A stretch of DNA of 63,962 bases, filler included, from Diploschistes diacapsis (GCA_023645945.1; 24 parts of 24 records of this genome joined end to end with filler, not necessarily neighbours in it); one strand, 5' to 3'. Shown: positions 49,074 to 62,868, counted from the whole stretch's first letter. The notes: generated from the letters alone by a model not told the origin. Numbers and translations are program-made.

Positions 49074-52000
49074 ATGGCGGAGTACGAGAATTTTGATGAC
49101 ACTTTCGCTGAAGACGATGCACCAGATAACATCACTGCAGAAGATTGCTGGACCGTGATATCATCCTTCTTTCAAACAAAGGGACTGGTATCCCAGCAAC
49201 TGGATTCTTTTGATGAATTTGTCTCCACGACTATGCAACAGATGGTTGACGAAAACAGTCTAATCACCGTCGATCAGTCAAATCCAGTGTCAGAAGATGA
49301 TGACGATCCAATAGTAGTCAGGCGTTACGAGATCAAGTTTGGCCATATTCTTCTCTCACGTCCGGCTATGACTGAAGGTGATGGCACCACAAGTGTCATG
49401 CTACCGCAAGAGGCACGTTTGCGCAATTTGACGTATTCGAGTCCGCTTTACCTCGAGATGAGCAAGAAAGTCTCGGTAGCCAGAGAACGAGTTCGAGAGC
49501 GAGACGACGATGACATGGACGACGATGGTACAAGAGTGGGCGAAACATACCTTCACTGGGAACTTGAGCCTGATAAGTGCTCGGAAAAGCCGGAGAAAGT
49601 CTTCGTTGGAAAGCTACCTATGATGCTCAAATCCAAATTCTGTCTACTCAAAGACCTTACCGAGCAGGAGCTTTTCGAATGGGGCGAGTGTCCTTACGAT
49701 CAAGGTGGTTACTTCATCATAAATGGCAGTGAAAAAGTCCTGATAGCTCAGGAGCGGAGCGCGGCGAACATCGTACAAGTCTACAAGAGGTCCGATGACC
49801 GAATCCCGTATCTTGCGGAGATTCGAAGTGCTGTCGAGAAAGGTACGAGACTCATCTCGAGCATGTCCGTCAAATACCATTCGAGAAAAGACGACAAGAA
49901 ATCTTTTGGCTCCTCAATCAAGGTCACGTTACCTTATGTCAAAGAAGAAATTGCAGTCGCAATAGTCTTCCGAGCCTTAGGCGTGGTTTCTGATGAGGAC
50001 ATTCTGAATCACATTTGTTTCGATCGCAGGGATACGCAGATGATGGAAATGCTCAAGCCGTGTATTGAAGAAGCTTTCGTGGTTCAGGACCGGGAGGTCG
50101 CTCTGGACCATATTGGCAAAAGAAGTAACGCTCTCGGCCAGCCGCGAGACAAGCGCATCAGGCATGCGCGCGACATTATGCAGAAAGAGTTGCTGCCGCA
50201 TATATCCCAGTCTGAGGGCAGTGAGACGAGGAAGGCGTTTTTCCTTGGTTATATGGTTCATAGGATGCTCCAGGTCGCTCTTGGTCGCAGAGAACCGGAT
50301 GATCGAGATCATTTTGGCAAAAAGCGTCTGGATCTTGCCGGGCCTCTGATGGCCAGTCTTTTCCGCTCACTCTTCAACAGGTTGACAAAAGATGTGCTCA
50401 AGTATCTGCAAAAGTGCATAGAGGGCAATAGAGATTTTAACATAGCACTGGGAGTTAAATCCACAACGCTTACCAATGGTCTGAAGTACTCGCTGGCCAC
50501 TGGCAACTGGTCAGAACAAAAGAAGGCCGCACAGGGCAAAGCGGGTGTCTCCCAGGTGCTCAACCGGTACACATTCGCTTCGACTCTTTCACATTTGCGG
50601 CGCACAAACACTCCTCTGGGACGTGATGGAAAAATCGCAAAGCCCCGACAGTTGCACAATACGCATTGGGGTTTGGTTTGTCCGGCAGAAACTCCCGAAG
50701 GTCAAGCTTGTGGACTCGTCAAGAACTTAGCGCTCATGTGCTATATTACTGTCGGTAGTCCTGGAGAACCTATCATCGAGTTCATGGTGCAACGCAATAT
50801 GGAGGTACTTGAAGAGTATGAGCCAACACGATCACCAAACATAACCAAGGTCTTTGTTAACGGGGTGTGGGTCGGCGTCCACCGCGATCCAGCACATTTA
50901 TATAACACGGTTCTTTCTCTGCGTAGACGTAACATGATCTCGCATGAAGTCAGCCTTATCCGAGACATTCGGGACCAGGAATTCAAGATCTTCACGGATG
51001 CTGGTCGTGTAGCCCGCCCCCTATTTGTCATCGATAACGACAAAAGAAGCAGCAGAAGAGGTGAGCTTGTTCTTTCGAAGGAACTCGTCAACAGACTTGA
51101 AGACGATCGCGAATTGCCTCCAGACCTTGACCCGGACGAGAAGAAGGAAAAATATTTTGGATGGGAAGGACTAGTCAAGTCTGGCGCAGTTGAGTATCTC
51201 GATGCGGAAGAGGAGGAGACAGTCATGATAGCCATGACTCCAGAAGATTTGGATATCTCGCGACAAGTTCAGGCAGGATACGCTCCTCCTGAACCGAGCA
51301 CCGATCAAAATGCTCGATTCAAGGCTCCCATTAACACCAACGTTCATACTTGGACGCATTGCGAAATCCACCCGAGTATGATACTGGGGATCTGTGCCAG
51401 TATTATTCCTTTCCCGGATCACAACCAATCGCCCCGTAACACTTACCAATCGGCTATGGGTAAACAAGCCATGGGTGTTTTCCTCACAAACTTTGACGAG
51501 CGCATGGATACAATGGCCAACATTCTTTACTACCCACAAAAGCCTCTTGCCACCACACGATCGATGGAGTTTCTCAAATTCCGAGAGCTTCCTGCGGGTC
51601 AGAATGCAATTGTGGCTATCCTCTGTTACTCTGGCTACAACCAAGAAGATTCTGTCATTATGAACCAAAGCAGTATTGATCGAGGACTCTTTCGAAGTCT
51701 CTTCTATCGTGCCTACGTGGAGCAAGAGAAGAGGGTTGGCATGTCCCTCGTTGAGCAATTCGAAAAGCCCTTGCGTAGCGAAACATTGCGCTTGAAGCAT
51801 GGCACATATGAGAAGCTTGATGACGATGGACTGATTGCGCCAGGCGTTCGAGTGTCTGGTGAAGACGTTATCATTGGCAAGACGGCGCCGATTGCACCAG
51901 ACACTGACGAGCTTGGTCAACGCACAAAGCTGCACTCGAAGCGTGACGCATCTACTCCGCTCAGGAGTACGGAGAATGGCATTGTTGACAAGGTACTGCT

Positions 52001-52869
52001 GACAACCAACCAAGAAGGCCTGAAGTTCGTGAAGGTGCGGATGCGGACGACCAAGATTCCCCAGATCGGCGACAAGTTCGCTTCGCGGCACGGGCAAAAG
52101 GGAACAATTGGCATTACTTACCGCCAGGAAGATATGCCGTTCACTGCAGAAGGCATTACGCCCGATCTGATCATCAATCCCCATGCCATCCCATCTCGCA
52201 TGACGATTGCGCACTTGATCGAGTGTCAGCTCAGCAAGGTCTCGTCATTACGAGGCTTCGAAGGAGACGCCACACCATTTACCGATGTCACCGTGGACTC
52301 GGTATCAAGGCTACTACGCGAGCACGGATACCAATCTCGCGGCTTTGAGGTAATGTACAACGGTCACACTGGGCGAAAATTAAGGGCTCAGGTTTTCTTC
52401 GGGCCCACATATTATCAGCGGCTACGACACATGGTGGACGATAAGATCCACGCTAGAGCTAGAGGCCCTGTCCAAATCCTGACTCGGCAGCCGGTCGAAG
52501 GTCGTGCTCGTGATGGTGGTCTCCGTTTTGGAGAGATGGAGCGTGACTGTATGATCGCTCACGGCGCAAGTGCCTTCCTGAAAGAGCGACTGTTCGAAGT
52601 CTCGGACGCCTTCAGAGTTCACATTTGCGATATTTGCGGCTTGATGACGCCAGTCGCGTAAGTTTTGATTCTCTCTGTCGACAGGCCGAGCGCTAATTGG
52701 CAATAGAAATCTCAAGAAGAACTCGTTTGAATGTCGTCCATGCAAGAACAAAACCAAAATTTCTCAGATACATATCCCGTATGCAGCCAAGCTGCTCTTC
52801 CAGGAGCTAGCTTCAATGAACATTGCAGCTAGAATGTACACTTCGAGGTCTGGAGTATCGATTCGTTGA
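49074..52869 (+). CDS. RPB2: RNA polymerase II second-largest subunit
   Basis: [68 protein letters not shown]; intron at 52658-52706; last exon ends ..GVSIR*. Confidence 0.99.
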
Positions 52870-54674
52870 CCAAACAGCAACAAGCCTGGAACGAACTCTT
52901 CCGAAGATGGGGTACAGGAGGCCTACCCTACTGAAGGGAGTAAACCTCTAGCTAGGCACCGCCATTATTGGTGAGATGAAAAACATGTGAACTATTACAA
53001 TGCCGTCCGTCATGGAATGTTAGCTTATCAAGGGTGGAGGGAGCATATTCTGATAATTTGCATCCGTCGGCGCTGGTGGTCTGGATGATGTGACCTGCAT
53101 TGGCTCAAGCGTTGAGGCTGGATCAGGGTATGGCGAGTCGGATCAACTATCGAGGACTTGTACAGTAGCCAGGGGAAACTGGAGTTCGAAGTGGACCAAA
53201 GCCTCTGCTTCGGATTCGGCAGACAAGTTCAAGCAAGGTAAGTTCTTGCACATCAGAAGTGGACCACGAAATAGTAATGTGTGGTCTACTCATGGCCGTC
53301 CTGGCCCCGGGTTGGCCGAAGTTGAAGATTGATGACATTTGAGTCGGGGAATGAGGGCCGCGGAGAGAAGTTGCAAGACAGCTAGAGCAATCCATAATCG
53401 TGATCAAATCCGCAAGGATGCATGTAGACGCCCATTCGCTTTAGATTTGCACTCGGTGACTTCCGTGTAAGCCCAAGGACTTACTCCTATAGGTCCAGAT
53501 TGTCTCTAAACAAGGCTGATGGAGAGAGTATACAAGGCTAATCCTAATTGAGTCTATAGCCCTCTTGGCAGGCTCGACCAATGAGACAAGGTATTCTATC
53601 GATCTTTTGCTGCCCACTGGCCCCAATAGCCGCCCACGCTAGTATTGCTCCTCCACTCCGCTTCCTCCCTCCACCTCCTCCTTCTTCTTCACTGCATTGG
53701 CATTTGCTAGTTCCTCTTTGTGTGCATTTCAACTTCAAGCCACACAAGGACAGGTGCAGTAGTTGAAGGAACTCGCGGGAAAATACTAGGAGACTTCTCT
53801 ACTGCACGTCCCAGTTTGCCCGAGGAACCACTTCCCTCGGACAACTCGGTGGACCTTTTACGCGCCGACAACATGAGACTTCATCAGCAGACTCTTCATG
53901 TTCTGCCTGCTATCAGCACTACCAAACGCTACTATTGTCATTAGTGTGCAATCGTGTGAGGCTCCTTCGCTAGCTATGCCAGCAGAGACTGGTTTTCCGA
54001 GAGAAAGACCGATCTCATCATCACGATGCGCACTCTGCAGCCTGATTGAGCAGCCTTGGTTATAGGCAATAGAGTTACGCCAAACTGGTAGAGGCATTAG
54101 CTTGTCCACCGTCGTCATGCAACTTGTTATTTCACATCCTGGTATGGCAATCAGGTCTTGCAGGCTCCGATGCACCAATCCACCTTTTGTCCCGTTCGAG
54201 CAGCATGCATCGCTTCCCCTCTTTCGTTCCACTCAGCATAAGAACACCACACGCCTGCGTCGTTTACATATTTTTCTTCTTTTTTTCTTTAGCAAGCATT
54301 CGAAACCCATTGAGCTATCCTTAGTATTTTTGTTTCAGTTTGTCATTTTCACACACGAGCTGTGCTCTGTGTTTGCTTTGTTAATCCGACTTGTACCTTG
54401 TCTTCTAGATTAATACCATCTTCTGTTCGATATACTTACAACTCGCATACCATTGTCGCAGGTCGGCTTTAGTTGCTCCATAGCTCAATCTTGCTCGACT
54501 CGAAAGGCTCCTTTTTGCCGCTTGTCTTCTTGCACGGGTGCTCCGGTAGCCTCGTTGTCGCTAATTGCACCCGCACGTCTACGACGCGCTCTTTCGAGTA
54601 ATTCACTTCTTGGACTCGCCCTTTAGCGAGATCCGATTCCGATTAATTTTCTTGATCATTACACTGTCGAAATA

Positions 54675-55490
54675 ATGGCTGCGACTCAACTCAGTTTCAC
54701 CCTTAGGACTTCTCCGAATTGCAAGACCGTGCATCTGCTGGGATCATGGGATGGTTACAAGGGACAGCTTCCTCTGTCGAAGGACCCTGCAAAGGCTGGT
54801 AGCTGGAAAGGAACGTTCCGCTTTCAAGGCTCGACCCTACAATCAGGCAAGCGATATTGGTACTACTACATCATGGATGGATTCCACGTGTCCCACGATC
54901 CCGCTAAGCCATCCACTAAAGAGCCGACCACTGGCCGCCAGCTAAACATCCTCGATGCGCCAAAGGGTAGCAGTGGCTCACCTGTACCAGCGCCAGCGCT
55001 CTCAATTCAGAAGTCGAGACCTACTGTCGAGATTCCAACCGGTCGTGGCTTATCTCCGTCGCGCATCGCACACCCGAAGCCCAGCAAGCCTTACGCTTCC
55101 CGTGGCATCCGAGAAGCAGACTACACCAAATCTCCAGTCGACGATGTCACGTCAGCGCTCGAAAAAGCATCGCTTTACGACTCTTACAGCGCCTCGCCGC
55201 CTTCATCGGTAGGATCGAGTCTGTCTTCGCGCAGTGGCGGAAGCTCACCATCCTCACTTTCGTCACTGTCTGACCGATCAGGCAGTTCTTGCCGATGCAA
55301 TCGCTTCGGTATTACCAGGAGGGGTGAGAAGGTCCGATTGGATTGCGGTGGAAGCCGCTGCGGATACTCTGACGATAGCTCGTGCTCATCCGAGTATTCT
55401 TCCGACGATGAGCCTGTCTCCAGATCGAAGCCCAAAGTTCAGGAGATTCGACCCAGGCAAAAGGTCACCACGAGCTCCCGCCGCCGTTGA
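54675..55490 (+). CDS. esdC: EsdC-like protein with an N-terminal AMPK-beta-type glycogen-binding (CBM48-like) domain and Ser-rich tail
   Basis: FTLRTS..KTVHLLGSWD.Y..QLPLSKD, RYWYYYIMDG.HVSHDP, EPTTGRQLNILD, C.C.RFGITR.G..V.LDCGG.RCG; recalled as matching Aspergillus EsdC. Confidence 0.8.
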   Translation: MAATQLSFTLRTSPNCKTVHLLGSWDGYKGQLPLSKDPAKAGSWKGTFRFQGSTLQSGKRYWYYYIMDGFHVSHDPAKPSTKEPTTGRQLNILDAPKGSSGSPVPAPALSIQKSRPTVEIPTGRGLSPSRIAHPKPSKPYASRGIREADYTKSPVDDVTSALEKASLYDSYSASPPSSVGSSLSSRSGGSSPSSLSSLSDRSGSSCRCNRFGITRRGEKVRLDCGGSRCGYSDDSSCSSEYSSDDEPVSRSKPKVQEIRPRQKVTTSSRRR

Positions 55491-56950
55491 AACACTCCAG
55501 AAAACAGCATGCTCTTTGGACTTTCCTCCTTTTACAAGCAGCCTCAGCGTGACTTCCTTTCATTCTTGGAAACCCCTCATTACTGGGCCCAATCTTCTAT
55601 CAGGTGAACTATTATCGCACGCTCGCTATCAGACCGTCCCTTATTCCCGACTTTTTGCTCGACCAACAAGTCATTCTGGGCTGGTACTTGGGATGGACCT
55701 GCTCTTCTGCTGTCAGGCACATTTGAGGCATCTTTCAGATGGCCCAGTCTACAGCATCATGGGTTGGGAGATGAAATTGGGAGAACCTGGACGATTGCAT
55801 TGGAAACATTGCAAGGCGCTAGGACCACTTCTCCATCAGGACAACGCAAGGAACCCTGCCGAAAAGCACGGGCCTTCTTTGACGACGTGGAGCCAGAGGA
55901 AGAGGAGAAGATCGGAGGTGGGAGAAGCGAGAGAGGAAGGGGATGAGTGTACGAATCACGAAATCAGTACTTAATAGCATAGCATTAGCACTGGACCAAT
56001 GGCATCTATGCTGCTTCTCTCAGACCACTCTCCTTGAAGCTATACGCAATCTCTCTTGAATCCGTGATCTGCAAGCCCCTATTCTTGGGGCTTGGAAGTC
56101 TGTCTGCGACTGCCTATGAACGACAAGGTCCAAAAGCTGTATAGATAATCCTTGAAGCAATAGTTGAACATGGAATTTCCCAGTCCAATTCTGGAGCCTG
56201 GCGGTCCCAAAAATTCTCAGCTGTGTTCAAGTGTTCGGTCTTACCCGGATTCTGCGGATTCTGTGGCGGTGCTAAAACCTTAGCCACACCCTCTTGTTTG
56301 CTTAGTGGATGGATAGCCCTAGATACCTAATAGTCGCTAAAGCCATCCTCACGTGTTCAAATCATTCGAATATTAAAATTGATGTTAAATGATCGCTCCC
56401 GAGTCATCAACGGTGGACGAGAAGGATTGCGATTACGATCTACGTTCCTCCTGTTCCTGCCCAAGGCTGAGCGCAACTTGATGCCAGTGTCAAAAGGCGC
56501 CCGAGACAAGCCAGCAAGCAGGCACAGCCCTGCCCTGCAGTAAATTACACTGCGCAGCTGATTCTATCGTCGAAGGACGATCGACTATCATGGCTATGGG
56601 TTTGGGGGCGGCATTTCCACGCACATCAGGTAATGTCTAGCGAAACTGGCGAAACGGGCGAAACTGACTGACAGAAAACAACTCAAACTCAGCCCACTCA
56701 TGAGCGATAATAAGTCCCCGAGATCTTTGTGTGTCAAGGCTCTTGCCATCATTCTCGATCCTTCGGTTCATACTGAGCCTCCCCTGCCCTGGTCTAACAG
56801 CTGTGATTTATCCCGCGATGACACTACAAGCGGTTTTCATTTCCTCTTCAGGTACTGAATCAAATAACTATCACTCTTCTACCTCCAACATTCTCTTCTT
56901 CTACACTCTCCCGTATATCTTTACATTGAAGCTTTGATTTATGACCCACA

Positions 56951-59185
56951 ATGGAAGACAAAAGAGATCCTCTGCATGTTTCGCCACCCCAGGATGTTGG
57001 AGCACCACCTGCCTATGACGTGGCTCCACCAACAGCCGATTCAACAGCCACAGATATCACGGCGGCATTTGCGAGGCTTGAACTGGATTCGAAGAGCAGC
57101 GAACCCTCAATCGATGAGTGTATTGCTCATCTGAAACTGCTCGAGGCATTTAATCACTTGCGAGAGGACATCGCCACTCAAGATGGGCTCTACGGCATCA
57201 ACGATAGCTTTGTCCCGGCATCTGACAACGATCAGCTCAGGAGCCGAGACATGGCAAAGGTCCGGGAGAAGAGATGGGCCATCTTTGTCACCATTGCCGT
57301 CAAGAGGTTCGAAGCGTACTTTCAGACCTTGCAACCCGGGTCCACCATGACGAACATTGAAACAATGAATGACTACAGCTACGAGCGCATTGTCGACGTC
57401 AGAGAAGCCATACGGTTTGATACTGATAGCCTTCCTCCCCTAGGTGAGGGCAGTCGTGGAGATCCCCCGAAGTCGACTAATTGTGTAAAGATGTCCTCAT
57501 GGTTCTTCATTCCTTCATGCTCAACCCTCGTAACTATCTTTCCGACTGCATTCGATACGGAAAGATGAAGCTTTGGGCGTCGGGCATGCCGTGGAAAGCT
57601 GTCAACCCAGCTATCGACAACGACACATTTGCTTACCAGCCCGGTGACGCTGCGCAGAAGACATTCGTAGCTGCTACCGGCCTGCCTTGGGACATTTTGC
57701 AGGAGTCGCCTTACACATCCATCAAGTGTCCCCAGTGCAAGACTCGTCTTGATGTGCCGTGGACTACCTGCGATAAACTGGCTGAATTGAGCGCTTCAGT
57801 GGGGGATATCCTTAACGAGGGCCGCGGGTATGCCGATCCTGGATTCTCCGTGACATGCAAATGCTTGCAGGATATGGACCACGAGTTTTTGCGTAGTACG
57901 AAGTTTGTGCGGGACGTGCAGAAGGTGATGGTTGACAACGTACCCATGCCAGGAGGATACCTTAGCTTGAAAGGTTCGTGACTTAAATCTGGATGGTAAC
58001 ATATATTGACCCCAGTGTAGGGCAGCCGTGCCCGACGAGAATCGAGAATGAGTTGCGCGACGCGAAGATGGCAACCTACTACATGAATTTCCCAACTCGG
58101 CTTATCAAACAGGGCGGACTATACAAGACCTTTTGTGATACAGCGCAGATTCCAGTCAAGGACGTCGAGAGCATAAGGGAAATCATCGAAAAGGCGCTTC
58201 GCGACCGTGACTGCATCTCGAAGACTGGAGATCACAAATCACTCCGCCCCCGAGTGATGAAGGATGAGCGCATCGCTGTCCGCAAAATGATGGCTTGTTA
58301 CTGGGAAAACAGCTCCATCTTCTCCATGGACCTCGTGGGCGCCGTGATCCGCCAAGGCTCCTTTGTCGAGAAGATGCACGCGATCGACTGGCTTCACTCG
58401 CCCGCCGTCCGCTCCACCATGGATCGGCTCATCACCAAATATGAGCGCTTCGTCCAAATCATGGCCCAGCACCCCACGGAAACTGCCGTTCCTACCTTGG
58501 ACGTAGACCTAGCATGGCACACCCATCAACTCTCCCCAACCGTATACTACACCTATACAGTCCACAGAACTCGCACCTACGTCGACCACGACGACAAGAT
58601 CGAAGAGAACAAGCTCTCGACCGCCTTCGAATGGACGTCCAAGACGTACGAGAAATACTACCAGGCCGTCTACAGCGAATGCACGTGCTGGTACTGCGAA
58701 GCCATCCGCGAGTCCCATACGTCCACCACATCCCGCCTCTTCGGGCACCGCAGCAAGAAGTCCTCCCTCGGCACCGACCTCTCGAACCTTCACAGAACCA
58801 GCCAGCCGTCCGACCCGCTGAAATCGGCCCACATCTCCGCCCACAACGCCATCAAGGCGCAGAACCACCCAGACCGCAGGACCCGCGACTATGTGCGCAA
58901 TCGGCAGCTCGAGCACGCGTACAGAAAGGCCTGCCAGCGCGCGAAGAAGGAAGGGCGAGCCCCGCCCGCCAGGGACGACGTCCACTGGGCATACTCGTAC
59001 GGATACCCCGTCTACATGCCCTTCTACGCGCCCTACATGGGCGATCCCTTCATCACCCCTGGTCTATACGCGGCGAACCCGGGTTGTGCGAATTTCGCGC
59101 CGGGAGCGGCAGGCAACTGTGCGTCGGGCACGTGCGGGATGGTTGCTGGCGGGAACTGTGGGGGGATGTCGGGCGGGAGCTGTGG
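56951..59185 (+). CDS. DUF1399 / GRDP-like protein, 3' truncated
   Basis: CIAHLKLLEAF, LPPLDVLMVLHSFMLNP, DLVGAVIRQGSFVEKM, VPTLDVDLAWHTHQLSP, Gly/Cys-rich tail; introns at 57444-57490 and 57974-58020. Confidence 0.9.
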
Positions 59186-59294
59186 NNNNNNNNNNNNNNN
59201 NNNNNNNNNNNNNNNNNNNNNNNNNNNNNTTAATTAATTAANNNNNNNNNNNNNNNNNNNNNNNNNNNNNNNNNNNNNNNNNNNNATTATGTTC

Positions 59295-59340
59295 TAGAAT
59301 ATTCTAGAACCTTCTAGAACCTTCTAGAACCTTCCAGCAT
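59295..59340. repeat. 10-bp tandem repeat (TTCTAGAACC)
   Basis: About 4-5 visible units. Confidence 0.8.
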
Positions 59341-59536
59341 ATTCGAACATGCTAGAAGCTTAGTAAGCAATCTGACTAACCTATTTAGGTTAGTATTCTG
59401 ACATAAATACTTTCTAAAATTCTATCGAGATAATCGTCTACTTAATTACGATTATTTAGATGACGTAGGAACTAAAGGACATGCTCTTAATTAAGTATTA
59501 AGAACCTAAATAACAAAAAGTCTTGACCAAGATTAA

Positions 59537-59600
59537 AAAGAACGACGCTTTAAGAAAGAATGACGCTTTAAGAAAGAACGACGCTTTAAGAAAGAACGCT
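59537..59600. repeat. 18-bp tandem repeat (AAAGAACGACGCTTTAAG), 3 copies plus a partial, inside a retroelement pol remnant
   Basis: Translates KNDALR x3. Confidence 0.85.
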
Positions 59601-59829
59601 ATAAAGCTACCGTATAAGATGATTAACGATATTCTATATTTTGACAATCCTACCGTGGGATACCGTCTTTATATACCCTCTTTTTTCGAAGCAAGATTTT
59701 TCAAACAAATCTACGATAACAACGGATATCTAAGATATACGCAATCGTATTAAAGGCTAACGAAATAATATGTTTAAAACTTATCGAAGAAGCTTCGGGA
59801 ATATATATGATTTTATTTAACCTATTAGG

Positions 59830-60321
59830 TGTTACGATCCAAGTACCAGACTTGGCACGTCCCAGCTTTGTATATAGATCAGTCACGGGACCGGGGGTCA
59901 CGTGATACGCTTACTGCTCGCGTTCATTCTCGTAAACGGTAAGCGAGCTTTCGTCATCGCTTGACGGTCGCGTTTATTTTTATAAATCGCGAGTTTTGAG
60001 GATACCGCTCGTTAAATTTATAATAAGCGGCGAGCGAGTTAATTATATATAAACACGACTTTATTTTCGTGGAAAAGGGCGTATTTATTTTTATAAATAT
60101 TTTAAATTATTATTCGGGATTAATTTATATTCGTTATTTTTATTATTTAAAGAGCTTTTTTTCTAAAAATAGTTTAAGATTTATAACTGTTCTATCTTTT
60201 TTTTTTATTATATTTCTTTTCTAATAGAAATTAAACCTACCTTAATTTTACTCGTGTATATCTTATATAAATAAAGATTATAATACTTGAATATTCTTAA
60301 GAATAAGTATTATTAATAATA
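59830..60321 (+). mobile_element. Full LTR, family A
   Basis: TGTTACGATCCAAGTACC start; homologous to 636-1098; followed by TAACCGGGCGATCGC. Confidence 0.8.
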
Positions 60322-61674
60322 TAACCGGGCGATCGCTATCGATAATTAAATCCGCAACATTTCGCGCATTTAGGGTAATANNNNNNNNNNNNNNNNNNNN
60401 NNNNNNNNNNNNNNNNNNNNNNNNTTAATTAATTAANNNNNNNNNNNNNNNNNNNNNNNNNNNNNNNNNNNNNNNNNNNNTATTTAAACACCAGATTTAA
60501 ATACTATTTAATTGCTACCTAATCGTTAAAGAAAAAAGAAGCAAAACTCTCAAAACAAAGAGCAGTATAAGGATGGGAATAATAAGAAAAGTAAATTCTA
60601 CCACGTCCGAGCTTTAGAAGCAAGCTCTGGTCCACTAAGTGGAACTAGATAGAAAAAGAAGCTTTATTAATACTAAACTAGCATTAGAAACAGAAAATTA
60701 AACCTAAGTTCGTTACTACCAATTTAACATGCAAATGCCTTATAAAATCTAGTGGGAGAAGTAAATATAGATTTATAGCTAAGCTGAAGCAAAATCTACT
60801 TATATACAGCAGATGCCAAGCGGCATCGTCATAGATGCAGCGAGGTCGGCACCACCTGCCCTAGCTACAATCCCAAGCGATCCACCACCAGCCCAACGAC
60901 TACCACAATCAGGTACTTCGGAAACCCGATCTTGTTTGTTTACTTTTTTGTTGCTTACTTTCATTTTTCTTTTATTTTTTTTCTTTATTAACATATTTAA
61001 TAGATGTACGATGTCTGGTCTACCTACGCCGCCGCTCGCGATTTTCGACGTCGTTATCGACGTTAACGATTCCGACGATATTTAAATTTTCGATTTATTT
61101 TCGAACGAGCTCGCCCGTTTTAATAACGTCTTTTTTACGTTCGCCGCGCTCGACTTTCTTACGGTTTTTCGCCGCCGTTAATACTTTTATATCTGATTGG
61201 GAAGCTTTATATTTTCCTCCCGGACCTTCTTAAAAAAACGCGTTCATTCGCCGTCGACGGTCGCCGAAAACGGTATCGAGATTAAAAAATTTTTATTGCG
61301 AGAACGCGTTATCTATAAAATAACGGTCGCGATCCGTAAAATCGAAACGAACGTATATAATTTAACGAATTATTTCGTTTATTAATCGTCACGTCGAATC
61401 TTTTAATATTAATAATAATATTAAAAAACCGAGCGTCTTTCGTATATATATTATATATTACGTGATAAATTATTTTAAATTACGAGCTCGAAAACGTCTC
61501 GCGCGTTTTTCGCGACGTTAACGATATTAAATTCTGCGCGGAATTTAACGTCGTCGACGATAAATATTTAAATTNNNNNNNNNNNNNNNNNNNNNNNNNN
61601 NNNNNNNNNNNNNNNNNNTTAATTAATTAANNNNNNNNNNNNNNNNNNNNNNNNNNNNNNNNNNNNNNNNNNNN

Positions 61675-62133
61675 TTCTTTATCTTTATAATATAAATACG
61701 AGATATTAATTAAGATAATTTAATTTCTATTAAAAGAAAAATATAATAAAAAAAGAAATAAATCGATTATAAATTTATATTAATTTTTTAAAAAATTATT
61801 ATTCGTTTAATAAAAAGTAACGAATATAAATTAATCTCGAATAATCGTTAAAAATCTTTATAAAAATAAACACGCCTCGATTTAAAGGAGCCATAACAGT
61901 ATTCTTATATAATTTAAGGCGACAATTAATTATCGACAGCAAAACTGTTAGGACAGAACTATTACTAACAGATAACTACTCAAGCAGATCTGTCCCTGGT
62001 AAATGTCTATCATTAAATATCTTTCAGTCACGTGACCTAGCGTCCATGGTTGGTTATATACAAGGAATGGTTGGGAAGCGCCCGACTAGCTGTGAAGTGC
62101 CATGTGACCGCCTAGTCACCCTGGATCGTAACA
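61675..62133 (-). mobile_element. LTR family C, reverse
   Basis: Ends CTGGATCGTAACA; homologous to 2823-3280. Confidence 0.8.
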
Positions 62134-62868
62134 AAAAGCAGCTAAAACTTTTTCGACTTCTTTTCATTCTTTAATAAAAGATAATCTTAGGTGATTATAG
62201 TAGTTCGGTTTGAAAATTATTTTAAAAGTAATACAATCTATCACCGCACCATATAAATGAAGCTATTTCTTATTAATAATTATTCGGTGCTTATTGATCT
62301 TCGATAAGATATAAAAAACGATGTTATTAAAATGATTTCTTAATTATATTAATAAATAAACGACGTGACTAAAAATTTTTTACGGTTTATTGTCGACGTA
62401 AATGTTACTTATTTTCTTCGATAACTTCATCGAAGCGAAATTAAATCGTTTTACGAGTTATTCGACGAATTTTTTATCGATAAAATACATTCCGTTGGTC
62501 CTTGTCTCGATCAATATTGGGATACGAAAGCTTCTATATCCTTTATTTAATATTATATTTAACGTAAAGATAAACGTTATTAAGAATTCTTCTTCCAAGA
62601 TTCCTATAATCGTTTAATTATGTTATTAAGACGATTCGTCGTCGTTATCGTTTATTTATTCGTTAAATCTTCTATCTAAAGCTTATATAGAGGCTATTCT
62701 TTTCACGATTTAGATTCTCGCTCGAAACAGTTACTAACGAAAAATCCTTTCTTATAATAATTATAGCANNNNNNNNNNNNNNNNNNNNNNNNNNNNNNNN
62801 NNNNNNNNNNNNTTAATTAATTAANNNNNNNNNNNNNNNNNNNNNNNNNNNNNNNNNNNNNNNNNNNN

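Noticed and set aside
51171..52214. 347-aa antisense ORF within RPB2
   Set aside because: Codon-bias shadow with no recognisable motifs
55234..55974. 246-aa ORF overlapping the esdC end
   Set aside because: Non-ATG start, overlaps an established gene, no domain features
58492..59241. Several overlapping ORFs at the DUF1399 3' end
   Set aside because: High-GC shadow frames
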